Virus record (IMG/VR): IMGVR_UViG_3300037483_000526
Span: 1 to 24,421 of that record
Origin: a virus
Taxonomy: Duplodnaviria; Caudoviricetes
Length of the DNA stretch: 24,421 bases
Strand: one strand, 5' to 3'
Part shown: piece by piece, positions 15,324 to 23,424 of the stretch
Numbering within the stretch: the stretch's first letter is position 1
Layout of the letters: every line of letters starts with the position of its first letter
The notes under the pieces: generated by a model
What the model saw: only the letters and a program-made list of their open reading frames with translations
What the model was told of the DNA's origin: nothing
Database searches by the model: none
Position numbers and translations under genes: made by a program

Positions 15324-15700
15324 CAAATAACCTTCAATATATAATAGCCAAATTAGAATTGAAGCAATTGGAATTTATTGATAAGTTATCTAAGAGAAGT
15401 GATGATTATGTGATACGTTGTATAACATCACCAATTGATAATAGATTTATTGCCGTTAACGGGGATTGGGAAACTGTTACAGGGTTTGATGATGATTTAT
15501 GTGTTGATATGGAATGGTCTGATTTTATTAAAGGTGAAAATGTTGATATGATGAGTACTTCACTTTTTAATGATAGTGAATTTGTTTCATTTGTTTGTGA
15601 CATAGTAACTAAATGTGGTGACTCTATTAGTGTTGATTGGAAATCAAAATATTTCCCAGAAATTGATGGAATAATATCAATTGGGCGACTTAAAAAATAA
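15308..15700 (+). CDS. Stand-alone PAS-domain protein
   Basis: RFIAVNGDWETVTGF....CVDMEWSDFI (PAS core) and FVCDIVTKCGDSISVDWKS....DGIISIGR (PAC-like strands). Confidence 0.7.
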   Translation: MQKEITNNLQYIIAKLELKQLEFIDKLSKRSDDYVIRCITSPIDNRFIAVNGDWETVTGFDDDLCVDMEWSDFIKGENVDMMSTSLFNDSEFVSFVCDIVTKCGDSISVDWKSKYFPEIDGIISIGRLKK

Positions 15701-15701
15701 A

Positions 15702-15733
15702 TTTGACTTATTCAATAATTTTCGTTATACTTA
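15702..15733 (+). promoter_or_regulatory. Host-RNAP-type promoter for the 148-aa gene
   Basis: TTGACT-N17-TATACT (15703-15731); equally readable as TTTG-N20-TATACTTA. Confidence 0.55.
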
Positions 15734-15751
15734 ACTATAAAAATACCAGGT

Positions 15752-16198
15752 ATGATGAAAAAAGGAAAAGAAATTAAAATGGGTAAAACCTATAAGAATT
15801 ATAATGTAACATCTGGAACAGTAGATTCCAAAAATCCAACAAGTGTTTATATTAACATTTCTGCGTGGGGGGAACCAACAGAAGAAAATATAGAACATTA
15901 TGTTAAGGTGATAAGTGGTCTAAAGAGAACTGTGAGAAAATACATTCACGAACAATTACCATTAATATTTAATAAACAGAGAACTATTATCGATTTAGAT
16001 ATGCGAGAATCTGGTATAACTTATGGTAAACGAAGTTTTATGAGTTGTGAGATAACTTTATTCCAAAGCTATAGAAGTGGTGGGTTGTTAATGTCTGACG
16101 AACTAAAGGTTAGGATGGGTCAATTCAGTGATAAATTAATAGAAGAAGTATTCGATAAGTATGAATACTTCAAATTCAATAAGAAAAAGAACAAATAA
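15752..16198 (+). CDS. Hypothetical basic protein (148 aa)
   Basis: Clean ORF between its own promoter and terminator; alpha/beta pattern; no family recognised. Confidence 0.75.
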   Translation: MMKKGKEIKMGKTYKNYNVTSGTVDSKNPTSVYINISAWGEPTEENIEHYVKVISGLKRTVRKYIHEQLPLIFNKQRTIIDLDMRESGITYGKRSFMSCEITLFQSYRSGGLLMSDELKVRMGQFSDKLIEEVFDKYEYFKFNKKKNK

Positions 16199-16207
16199 AT
16201 AAGAAAG

Positions 16208-16237
16208 AACCGAATCCATTACAGATTCGGTTTTTTT
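16208..16237 (+). terminator. Intrinsic terminator
   Basis: AACCGAATC-CATTACA-GATTCGGTT with a T7 run. Confidence 0.85.
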
Positions 16238-16275
16238 ATTCTCAATGATGTATTTATAATTAAAATCTATAGATT

Positions 16276-16989
16276 ATGTCAAAGAGGTTAAATGAGGATA
16301 TTAAATTACTAAAGGCTGGTGACTTTGGTTTTGGATACATGGTTGAGCAAGATGCTGGATTCATTGACCCAAACGATTCAAGAAACGAGAAATTTGTAAA
16401 CGAGGTTAAGAAATTAGCAATTGGTGAGATTGCAATGATTGAACCTTTAGTAGTTACGGTAGTATTACAGAAGTGGGGGGTTAAGAATCGAAACGGTAGG
16501 ATATATCCAGAGAGAATCCTTAAGGCACAAGCTGAGGCTTACAATGAATTAATCAAGAACAAATCCGCATTAGGTGAATTAGACCACCCAGAATCATCCA
16601 TTATAGCTGGTGACAGAGTATCGCATAACATCACTAGAATATGGTGGGAAGGGAGAACTCTAATGGGGGAAATGCAAATCAATACAACATTAGGATTTAT
16701 AAATATGGGTATTTGCTCTACCAAGGGTGATGAGGTTGCCAACATGCTTAGACATGGTTGGAGAATTGGGGTATCGTCTAGAGGTGTTGGTACACTTGAG
16801 GAGGATTATGAAGGTAATGCAATAGTACAAGATGATTTTGAATTAATTGGGTGGGATGTTGTTACGGCACCATCAACGCCAGGTTCTTGGATTTTCGGAA
16901 ACAAAAATGAAGCTGCTCCATTTGTCGAGTCTAGGGTTATGGAGAATAAGTCATTTGAAGATGACCTTGACAAATACCTATTAGATTAA
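16276..16989 (+). CDS. gp21: Prohead core protease (T4 gp21-like)
   Basis: NRNGRIYP, ALGELDHP (His), VSH.I, GVSSRGVG (catalytic Ser), WDVVTAPSTPGS. Confidence 0.93.
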   Translation: MSKRLNEDIKLLKAGDFGFGYMVEQDAGFIDPNDSRNEKFVNEVKKLAIGEIAMIEPLVVTVVLQKWGVKNRNGRIYPERILKAQAEAYNELIKNKSALGELDHPESSIIAGDRVSHNITRIWWEGRTLMGEMQINTTLGFINMGICSTKGDEVANMLRHGWRIGVSSRGVGTLEEDYEGNAIVQDDFELIGWDVVTAPSTPGSWIFGNKNEAAPFVESRVMENKSFEDDLDKYLLD

Positions 16990-17114
16990 TTTTTCACAAA
17001 AAAAAATAACTTTATTTTATAATAAAGATGTTTTTTGTGAAAATAGATTATATTTATTATCAAACACCCAAGGGTGTGAATAAAAAGAATAAAACGTTTA
17101 AACAAAAAATAAAC

Positions 17115-18572
17115 ATGGCTAATAAAAATAAATCAATTATTGAAGAAGCAAAATTGGATGCTAAAAGAATTCAAGAAGCTTTAAACGCCAATACAAAAGA
17201 AATACTTCGTTCAATTGCGAAAGAAGAAATTAATGATGTAGTGAAAGAATCTCTTAACGAGTTTGATGAAGAAGATGTTGACGTAGATATGGATGTAGAA
17301 GATGGTGAAGTTGATATGGATGCTGAGGCACCTGTGGATGTTGATACCGATAGTGCAGAAATGGATACGCTTAATGTTGACGATGAAGATAGTTTAGAAA
17401 TGGGTGACTCCGAAGAAGGTGACTTAGCAATAGGTGACGAAGAAGAAGGTATGGGTGTGGAAGCATCATACGGAGACGAAATGGATATGACTACAGCATC
17501 AGACGATGACGTTATCGCAGTTTACAAAAAATTAACTGGTGATGATGAAATCCAAATCGTAAGCAATGAGGCTGGCGATATCGAATTAACGGTTAATGAA
17601 CCAGGTGAGTTTGTCATCAAGACAAATAATGCTGGTGTTAACACTGATGCGGTAGAGGCTCCAGAAATGGCTACTGATTTAGATTTAGACTTAGACGCTG
17701 AACTTGATGGTGGTGAAGGTGATGAATATGAACTTGCGGATAGTGGGGACTTAGGAATCGATTCTGAACTTGAAGGTGGTGAAGAGGAAGAAGATAAAGA
17801 AGAATACGAAGAAAGTTATGATATGAATGAATCTCAAGTTGTATATGAAATAGCAATAGACGAAATGGAAGACATTGAAAGTATAGGTGCACCTGTTGGA
17901 AATGAAAATGAAGACAATTGGGCTGGTGACAATCTAGAAGGTGGTTTTGATGATAATGGTCAAAACGGAACTGGTGATTCTCATGGAGAACACATTATGG
18001 AGGAAGAGGAAATCGACGAATCAATACCTAAGGGAGTTGGTGAGGCGCATAGAGAACCAGCAAAGGCTAACATCGGACAACCAGTAGCACCAGGTGCTAA
18101 AGGGGTTCATGGTGTAAAGGGTGGAGCAACAAATGAAAATCAATTCGTATCTAAAGCAGATTACGATAAACTCCTAAAGGAAGCTAAGTCACTTAAAAGT
18201 AAAGCTAGTCAAATGGCTGAAACTTTACAGTCACAAAGAAAGATGTTAGGGCAAATAGTTGTATTCAATACTAATCTTACTAATGTAACAAGATTATTTA
18301 CTGAACATTCTACAACAAAAGATGAAAAAAGAAGCATCATTGAAAGATTCGATGATGAAGTAACAAACATTCAAGAGTCAAAAAGACTTTTCAAGACTAT
18401 TGAAAAGGAATTAGGTAATAAACAACCTATTTCTGAATCAGTGGAAGGAAAGTTTTCCAAGGAAACATCAGGTAGTTCCTCAAATTTAAATGAGAATACT
18501 GCATATGTAGACAAGGACACTAAAAGAATAATGGACCTTATCAAGCGAGTCGAAAATAAGGAAAAATATTAA
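17115..18572 (+). CDS. Prohead scaffold protein (gp22-equivalent)
   Basis: Very acidic with N- and C-terminal coiled coils; lies between protease and major capsid; many [ILMV]-x-E sites. Start moved to ATG 17115 (MANKNKSIIEEAKLDAKRI), downstream of TATTTATT 17051. Confidence 0.8.
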   Translation: MANKNKSIIEEAKLDAKRIQEALNANTKEILRSIAKEEINDVVKESLNEFDEEDVDVDMDVEDGEVDMDAEAPVDVDTDSAEMDTLNVDDEDSLEMGDSEEGDLAIGDEEEGMGVEASYGDEMDMTTASDDDVIAVYKKLTGDDEIQIVSNEAGDIELTVNEPGEFVIKTNNAGVNTDAVEAPEMATDLDLDLDAELDGGEGDEYELADSGDLGIDSELEGGEEEEDKEEYEESYDMNESQVVYEIAIDEMEDIESIGAPVGNENEDNWAGDNLEGGFDDNGQNGTGDSHGEHIMEEEEIDESIPKGVGEAHREPAKANIGQPVAPGAKGVHGVKGGATNENQFVSKADYDKLLKEAKSLKSKASQMAETLQSQRKMLGQIVVFNTNLTNVTRLFTEHSTTKDEKRSIIERFDDEVTNIQESKRLFKTIEKELGNKQPISESVEGKFSKETSGSSSNLNENTAYVDKDTKRIMDLIKRVENKEKY

Positions 18573-18598
18573 AAATAAAAAAATAAAAACAAAATAAA

Positions 18599-20371
18599 AT
18601 GTCAAATTCACAATTATTAAATTCTGGGCAAATTGGTAACATCGGGTTAAACCACATGAAGGCTATCCGTTTACAAACTCAGCAAAAGTGGAACTCTTTA
18701 GGATTCTTAGAAGGTCTTAAGGGTCATGTTAAGGAGAACATCGCTCAATTATATGAGAACGAAGCTTCTTACCTATTAAACGAAGCTACTTCTGCGGCTG
18801 ATTCATCTGGTTCTTTTGAAACAGTTGTATTCCCAATCGTAAGAAGAGTATTCTCTAAGTTATTAGCAAACGATATCGTTTCTGTACAAGCTATGAATAT
18901 GCCAATTGGTAAACTATTCTACTTTGTACCGCAAACATCATCTAGAGTTGATTCGACTGGTGCCGCTGGTAACGTTCATGTTAACCCTATTTATTCTGCT
19001 CACACTGGTATGGGTGACCAACTTCCAGATTGTGTAAACTCTTTATGTACTCAAACTGTATTTGAGGCTAAGAACTTATATGATATCTATTATGATGATG
19101 GATTATTCGATAACTCTAAAGGTACTGCAACAATTAACGTTGTTAATGGTATCCCTGTTGCTATGGACTCAAACGGTAATTTCTCTGAAACTGCTACATA
19201 TGTCGCTGGTAATGATGGAACTGCTAGAAATGGTATGTTAAGAGTATCTGGATTTACATCTTTAAACAAGGGTAGATTAACTGGACCAGATGGTAACGAA
19301 ATGGATACGGAAGGATTCCTTGCGTCTCTTAAAGTCGTAAACGCTGGAGGTGATATTCTTGACCCAGATGGTAATGTAATCATAGCAACTAGTGCTGAGA
19401 TTCCATTTAGATTAGTAACTCAAAAGTATGGTAAAGGAATCGTTACGTATGACGATATCTGTGATGCTGCTGGTGAGTTATACTTAGACTTAGATTTAAG
19501 CCATCCAGTTGCTGCTAACGGAACAGCTACATTCGATGGTTATGTTGGTACAAGTGGTTTAACAGTTACAAACACTGGTTTCACTGCATCTTGGGCAACT
19601 TATGCTAGTCTAGAACTTGAAACTGAAATGGGAGAGGTATCTTTCAAACTTGATGAAGTTGTTGTTTCAGTTGAAGAAAGAAAACTAAGAGCAACATGGT
19701 CACCAGAATTGGCGCAAGATGTTAGTGCATTCCACAACATTGATGCTGAGGCTGAATTAACAGCTATGTTATCTGAGCAAGTAGCTGCGGAAATCGATAG
19801 AGAAATCTTAAGAGACCTTAGAAAGGCTGCTGCATGGACTCTTAGATGGGATTATAACGGATGGAGAAAATCTTCTCAAGCGTCTAACGCTTATACACAA
19901 AAAGATTGGAACCAAACTCTTATAACTAAGGTTAACCAATTATCAGCGCAAATTCACAAGGCGACATTAAGAGGTGGTGCAAACTACATCGTTGTTTCTT
20001 CTGAAATCTCTGCTGTATTCAATGATTTGGAGTACTTCCACGTAAGTGATGCTTCTCCAGAGCAAGACCAATATAACATGGGTATCGAAAGAATCGGTTC
20101 TCTTGGTGGTAGATTCCAAGTATACGCTGACCCGTATTCTCCATGGTACTCTATGATTATCGGTCATAAAGGAAAGTCACTTCTTGACACAGGGTATATT
20201 TATGCTCCATACGTGCCATTACAGTTGACACCTACAATGTATAACCCATTCAACTTCGCACCAGTGAAGGGTATAATGACTCGTTATGCTAAGAAGGTCG
20301 TAAATAATAGGTTCTATGGCCATGTAAGATGTGATGGTATTCCTCACTTCAACTTAGATGAATTAAGATAA
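18599..20371 (+). CDS. gp23: Major capsid protein (T4 gp23-like)
   Basis: PIVRRVF..L.A.DIVSVQAM..P.G..F, RKLRATWSPELAQD..A.H.IDAEAEL...LSEQ.AAEIDREI, GYIYAPYVPL, F.P.KGIMTRYA; probable maturation site LLNE|A at E62. Confidence 0.96.
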   Translation: MSNSQLLNSGQIGNIGLNHMKAIRLQTQQKWNSLGFLEGLKGHVKENIAQLYENEASYLLNEATSAADSSGSFETVVFPIVRRVFSKLLANDIVSVQAMNMPIGKLFYFVPQTSSRVDSTGAAGNVHVNPIYSAHTGMGDQLPDCVNSLCTQTVFEAKNLYDIYYDDGLFDNSKGTATINVVNGIPVAMDSNGNFSETATYVAGNDGTARNGMLRVSGFTSLNKGRLTGPDGNEMDTEGFLASLKVVNAGGDILDPDGNVIIATSAEIPFRLVTQKYGKGIVTYDDICDAAGELYLDLDLSHPVAANGTATFDGYVGTSGLTVTNTGFTASWATYASLELETEMGEVSFKLDEVVVSVEERKLRATWSPELAQDVSAFHNIDAEAELTAMLSEQVAAEIDREILRDLRKAAAWTLRWDYNGWRKSSQASNAYTQKDWNQTLITKVNQLSAQIHKATLRGGANYIVVSSEISAVFNDLEYFHVSDASPEQDQYNMGIERIGSLGGRFQVYADPYSPWYSMIIGHKGKSLLDTGYIYAPYVPLQLTPTMYNPFNFAPVKGIMTRYAKKVVNNRFYGHVRCDGIPHFNLDELR

Positions 20372-20387
20372 TATCTTATATAATATT

Positions 20388-20418
20388 AAAAGCCTTAACG
20401 AAAGTTAAGGCTTTTTTT
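20388..20418. terminator. Bidirectional intrinsic terminator between the capsid gene and the convergent HTH gene
   Basis: AAAAGCCTTAAC-GAAA-GTTAAGGCTTTTTTT with a GNRA loop. Confidence 0.9.
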
Positions 20419-20436
20419 GTTTATATCGTTTCGATA

Positions 20437-20670
20437 TTACTCAGCTTCTTTAACTAATTTATATTTAGCGTAATGAATTTTATCACCAAATTTATTCTTC
20501 CCTTCACACATTTCACTTGTGATTTCATGACCATCCTTCTTCAATCCGTGGATTGTTGCGGCTAATCTAGTATCACCTAATTGATTGATAGCATAAAATG
20601 GTTGGATTGTCTTCTCTGGATTTGTCATCATTGCGTCCAATACTCTTTGCTTTCTCGTTACTTTTGCCAT
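20437..20670 (-). CDS. Small winged-helix DNA-binding protein (HTH_39-like)
   Basis: TRKQRVLDAM...I.P..AI..LG.TRLAATIH.LKKDGH.I.S......NKFG....YAKY.L. Confidence 0.75.
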   Translation of the reverse strand: MAKVTRKQRVLDAMMTNPEKTIQPFYAINQLGDTRLAATIHGLKKDGHEITSEMCEGKNKFGDKIHYAKYKLVKEAE

Positions 20671-20704
20671 AATTTAATTTTTATTAATTATTTATAATAG
20701 ACTA

Positions 20705-20736
20705 CAAATATACAAATAATATTTTAATAAAACAAA
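20705..20736 (-). promoter_or_regulatory. Bacteroidota sigma-A-type promoter for the HTH gene
   Basis: Minus strand TTTG (20736-20733), 20-nt spacer, TATATTTG (20712-20705): an exact match to the consensus. Confidence 0.7.
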
Positions 20737-20742
20737 TTAATC

Positions 20743-20889
20743 CTAAATTTTTTTATCGACGATTCTAATCTCATTTAAAAATTTTCTTATTTCCGCACCT
20801 AGCGAACTGTCATTAGGGTGTTTATCAGCTAATGATTTTATTGCCAAGATGCATTCATTCTCAACAAAGGAATATTCTTTTTTATTCAT
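20743..20889 (-). CDS. Small hypothetical protein (48 aa), missed by the ORF track
   Basis: MNKKEYSFVENECILAIKSLADKHPNDSSLGAEIRKFLNEIRIVDKKI*; A-rich leader; fills the gap; I recall a PNDxxLGxxIR motif in small phage proteins. Confidence 0.65.
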   Translation of the reverse strand: MNKKEYSFVENECILAIKSLADKHPNDSSLGAEIRKFLNEIRIVDKKI

Positions 20890-20918
20890 AATAATTAAAT
20901 TTTAGTAAAAATACAAAT

Positions 20919-20950
20919 AAAAAACGGGAAATGCAATGCAAATCCCGTTT
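20919..20950 (-). terminator. Intrinsic terminator after the Zn-ribbon gene
   Basis: Minus strand AAACGGGA-N13-TCCCGTTT followed by TTT. Confidence 0.7.
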
Positions 20951-20982
20951 ATTTATAGTTAACTCGTTTAGTTTATTTTATA

Positions 20983-21822
20983 TCAAATTCTATCACCACA
21001 CATTGGGCAGAATTTGAAGTTTACTTTTGATTTATTACCACAGTTAGTACAGTATCTTTTAACTTGCGTATCTTCAACTGTATTTACCTTATGAGATATT
21101 GGTAACATTTTATATTCAATTTTATAAAATGGTCTAGTTTCCCAATTCATATAAACCGTTGTAAGGGTTTGGTCTGAATAGGAGCCCTTTTCAACCCTAC
21201 CAGTTTCAATAGACTTTTTAGAACGTAATTTCTTTCTAGGTTCCTCAAGTGGTACTGACTTCCCCTCAAGAGTTTGGTCCATGAAGCTCAATGAATCTAA
21301 TGTTGGGTAGGAATCAATAGTTTGATTATAGTTTACGTTAGTTGTTGTAAGTGTTCCAATAATACCTCTAGCATCAGTTGTAGTATTTCCCCATGACCCA
21401 TTGTTAATGTTCAAGGTATTACTACCATAAAAAGTCGGGTTGTAATCGATGGGAATTGACTCTTTATAGAATTCCACTTTAAAGTCACCATTATCCTCAA
21501 TAGCCGCTCTACTCTCAGAGGTGTTTGCAACCTCATAGGTGTCAAATTTAAACTTCTTGGCTACATCGATATACCTATCAAGAAAAACTCTCTGAGCGGG
21601 CTTTAAAACAAGTCCACCCTGTGCGATTGGTTTTCCGTTTAAGGAAATCTTTGCTAAGATTGTGTCTTTAGTCGGATTGAATAATTCGATTTGAAATTCT
21701 TGCCCTTTTTGTAGATAGTAAGTTGGGACTTCTGAACTCTTACCATAGACTTTAATCCTACTTTTGTTTATGGCTAAGTTAGCCGTGGGTGTAGGAACCC
21801 CTTCATTTGTAATTTTGTACAT
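20983..21822 (-). CDS. Hypothetical protein: N-terminal beta-rich domain, N/T-rich linker, C-terminal zinc ribbon
   Basis: C-terminal CTNCG...FKFCPMCG; N-terminal YLQKGQEFQIELFNPT...LVLKPAQRVFLDRY. Confidence 0.8.
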   Translation of the reverse strand: MYKITNEGVPTPTANLAINKSRIKVYGKSSEVPTYYLQKGQEFQIELFNPTKDTILAKISLNGKPIAQGGLVLKPAQRVFLDRYIDVAKKFKFDTYEVANTSESRAAIEDNGDFKVEFYKESIPIDYNPTFYGSNTLNINNGSWGNTTTDARGIIGTLTTTNVNYNQTIDSYPTLDSLSFMDQTLEGKSVPLEEPRKKLRSKKSIETGRVEKGSYSDQTLTTVYMNWETRPFYKIEYKMLPISHKVNTVEDTQVKRYCTNCGNKSKVNFKFCPMCGDRI

Positions 21823-21851
21823 TTTTTAACTTTTTAATATTTGTTATTATC

Positions 21852-21914
21852 GTACCAATCTTTTCACTTCCTTTTGAAAGTTCTAAAGCCAAATCAATGA
21901 CTCAAGACTGATAC
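21852..21914 (-). ncRNA. Candidate structured cis-regulatory RNA (three-way junction) in the 5' UTR
   Basis: GUAUCAGUCUU/AAGAUUGGUAC (11 bp) encloses GAGUCA/UGGCUU and ACUUUC/GGAAGU; five G-U pairs form only on the minus strand. Confidence 0.55.
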
Positions 21915-21929
21915 TAGAGTTAACTTTTA

Positions 21930-21959
21930 CTAATATAATATAAATCGAAAAATTGTCAA
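21930..21959 (-). promoter_or_regulatory. Host-RNAP-type promoter for the Zn-ribbon gene
   Basis: Minus strand TTGACA (21959-21954), N16, TATATT(AG) (21937-21930). Confidence 0.55.
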
Positions 21960-21983
21960 GTACTTTTAGATATTATTATCCCT

Positions 21984-23393
21984 TTATTGTGATATCCTTA
22001 GATTGCTTTGACTGACAATGTCAAATGAAATCGTATCTTTTATTGTTGTAACCTCATTATTAGAAGTAACTTTAACATCTAAATAATAAGTATTTGGTAT
22101 AAGACTTTCTGTGTGTAGTAAGAAATAATTATAATTAAAAGCCCTTTCAACGTCTTGATAATCAATAACCGTTAATTCATTCCTACCCTCTTTAACATAA
22201 AGTCTGTATTGTAAGTTATCAATCACTGTTGTTTGATTGGTTGTATATGGTATTCTAGCTGTTACCGTAACACGTCTAATATCACCAGCCTTGATTCGTT
22301 CGTCTCGTCTAATACCAGATACATTAAACCCATATTGTTTTGGTAATTCATCGTTGTTACCTATATTATAATATTTATCAGAATCCATTAATTCAAAGTC
22401 TAATGTAATATCTGGTCTTGAAATACCGTTAACTAATATACCTTTCCACACATCATTAAAGATATAACAGTCAGTTGCACCTGTTGAGGTTGGGATATTA
22501 ACCTCAACACAATAAACACCCTTTGTAACGTGCGTTACGGCACTAGATGTAATGCTAGAAAATACAACCCCATCATTATCTAATATTTCCACACTAGGAT
22601 TAACATCAAGATTAGTTGGTTGTCCACCTAGGTTTGAGTATAGATAAAGTTTGTTTGTTTTGTCCAAATAAAAGTTTGCTCTATCATCCTTTATGTGACA
22701 ATCATAAATAGTCTCAACATAGGGTTCGTAGAATGTTTGTGTGTGTCTAGTGAAGAAACCAACATAATTATAACTACCAGTTTCTGTTAATTCTAAACTC
22801 CTTATAAATGCGAATCCTAAGCCATTATTGGTGTTTCCAGTTAGGTATCCATTGACGATATCGGTGATATCTAAATTAATGTTTTCATTGCCATGTTCAA
22901 AGTGAATTGTTGCCAATGGTGTGGTAGAACCAGTATATGTTCCATTTCCCCCAGACCATTGGATATTTGTTTGTGCTTCCACCCAATTTGATGGATGAAT
23001 AGACGTTGATTCTGCACCACCCAAAAAGGTATTAGAGACACTATAATCATATCCAACACCCTCATCCCAAGTTTGATTTATTGGGAATAAAATAAGGTCA
23101 AATGAAGAGGCTCTATCTTTCCCATCACATGTGGCGGTACCCAATAATGATTTATCAAAAGAACCAGTATTAGTTAGTCTAAGTGTATGTGTTAATTTAG
23201 TCAAATCAACATATGTCCCACCAGTATATAAATCTCTTAAATTAGTTTCATCAAAATAAAATAAAAATCTTGTGTAGGAGTTTTCAGCATTAACACCACC
23301 ATAATACAACTCAGTAACTGGATTCTGACCAGTGTTGGTTGGGATATTATAAATTATCGTGTTGTTTTTATCAAAATAAGTACGTACTACCAT
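21984..23393 (-). CDS. Probable virion structural protein (beta-rich, DNRLRE-like N-terminal domain plus Ig-like domains)
   Basis: T/N/G/Y-rich 469 aa; TRFLFYFD...L.L....FDL.LFPINQTWDEG.G...DITDIV..Y.....NNG pattern; TATTTATA 13 nt upstream; adjacent to the baseplate spike gene. Confidence 0.65.
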   Translation of the reverse strand: MVVRTYFDKNNTIIYNIPTNTGQNPVTELYYGGVNAENSYTRFLFYFDETNLRDLYTGGTYVDLTKLTHTLRLTNTGSFDKSLLGTATCDGKDRASSFDLILFPINQTWDEGVGYDYSVSNTFLGGAESTSIHPSNWVEAQTNIQWSGGNGTYTGSTTPLATIHFEHGNENINLDITDIVNGYLTGNTNNGLGFAFIRSLELTETGSYNYVGFFTRHTQTFYEPYVETIYDCHIKDDRANFYLDKTNKLYLYSNLGGQPTNLDVNPSVEILDNDGVVFSSITSSAVTHVTKGVYCVEVNIPTSTGATDCYIFNDVWKGILVNGISRPDITLDFELMDSDKYYNIGNNDELPKQYGFNVSGIRRDERIKAGDIRRVTVTARIPYTTNQTTVIDNLQYRLYVKEGRNELTVIDYQDVERAFNYNYFLLHTESLIPNTYYLDVKVTSNNEVTTIKDTISFDIVSQSNLRISQ

Positions 23394-23424
23394 CTTTTCC
23401 TTTTATTATAAATACCATTGAGGA

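Noticed and set aside
18573-18598. Repeated AAAATAAAA units before the capsid ATG
   Set aside because: Explained as an A-rich, SD-less translation leader; too low in complexity to call a separate element.
10054-20371. Inteins, introns or homing endonucleases in terminase, portal or capsid
   Set aside because: Motifs are colinear; no intein splice motifs or LAGLIDADG/HNH/GIY-YIG signature. The extra central capsid segment looks like a surface insertion domain.
21852-21914. The structured leader as a tRNA, hammerhead ribozyme or terminator
   Set aside because: No T-loop/anticodon cloverleaf, no CUGAUGA core and no U tract.
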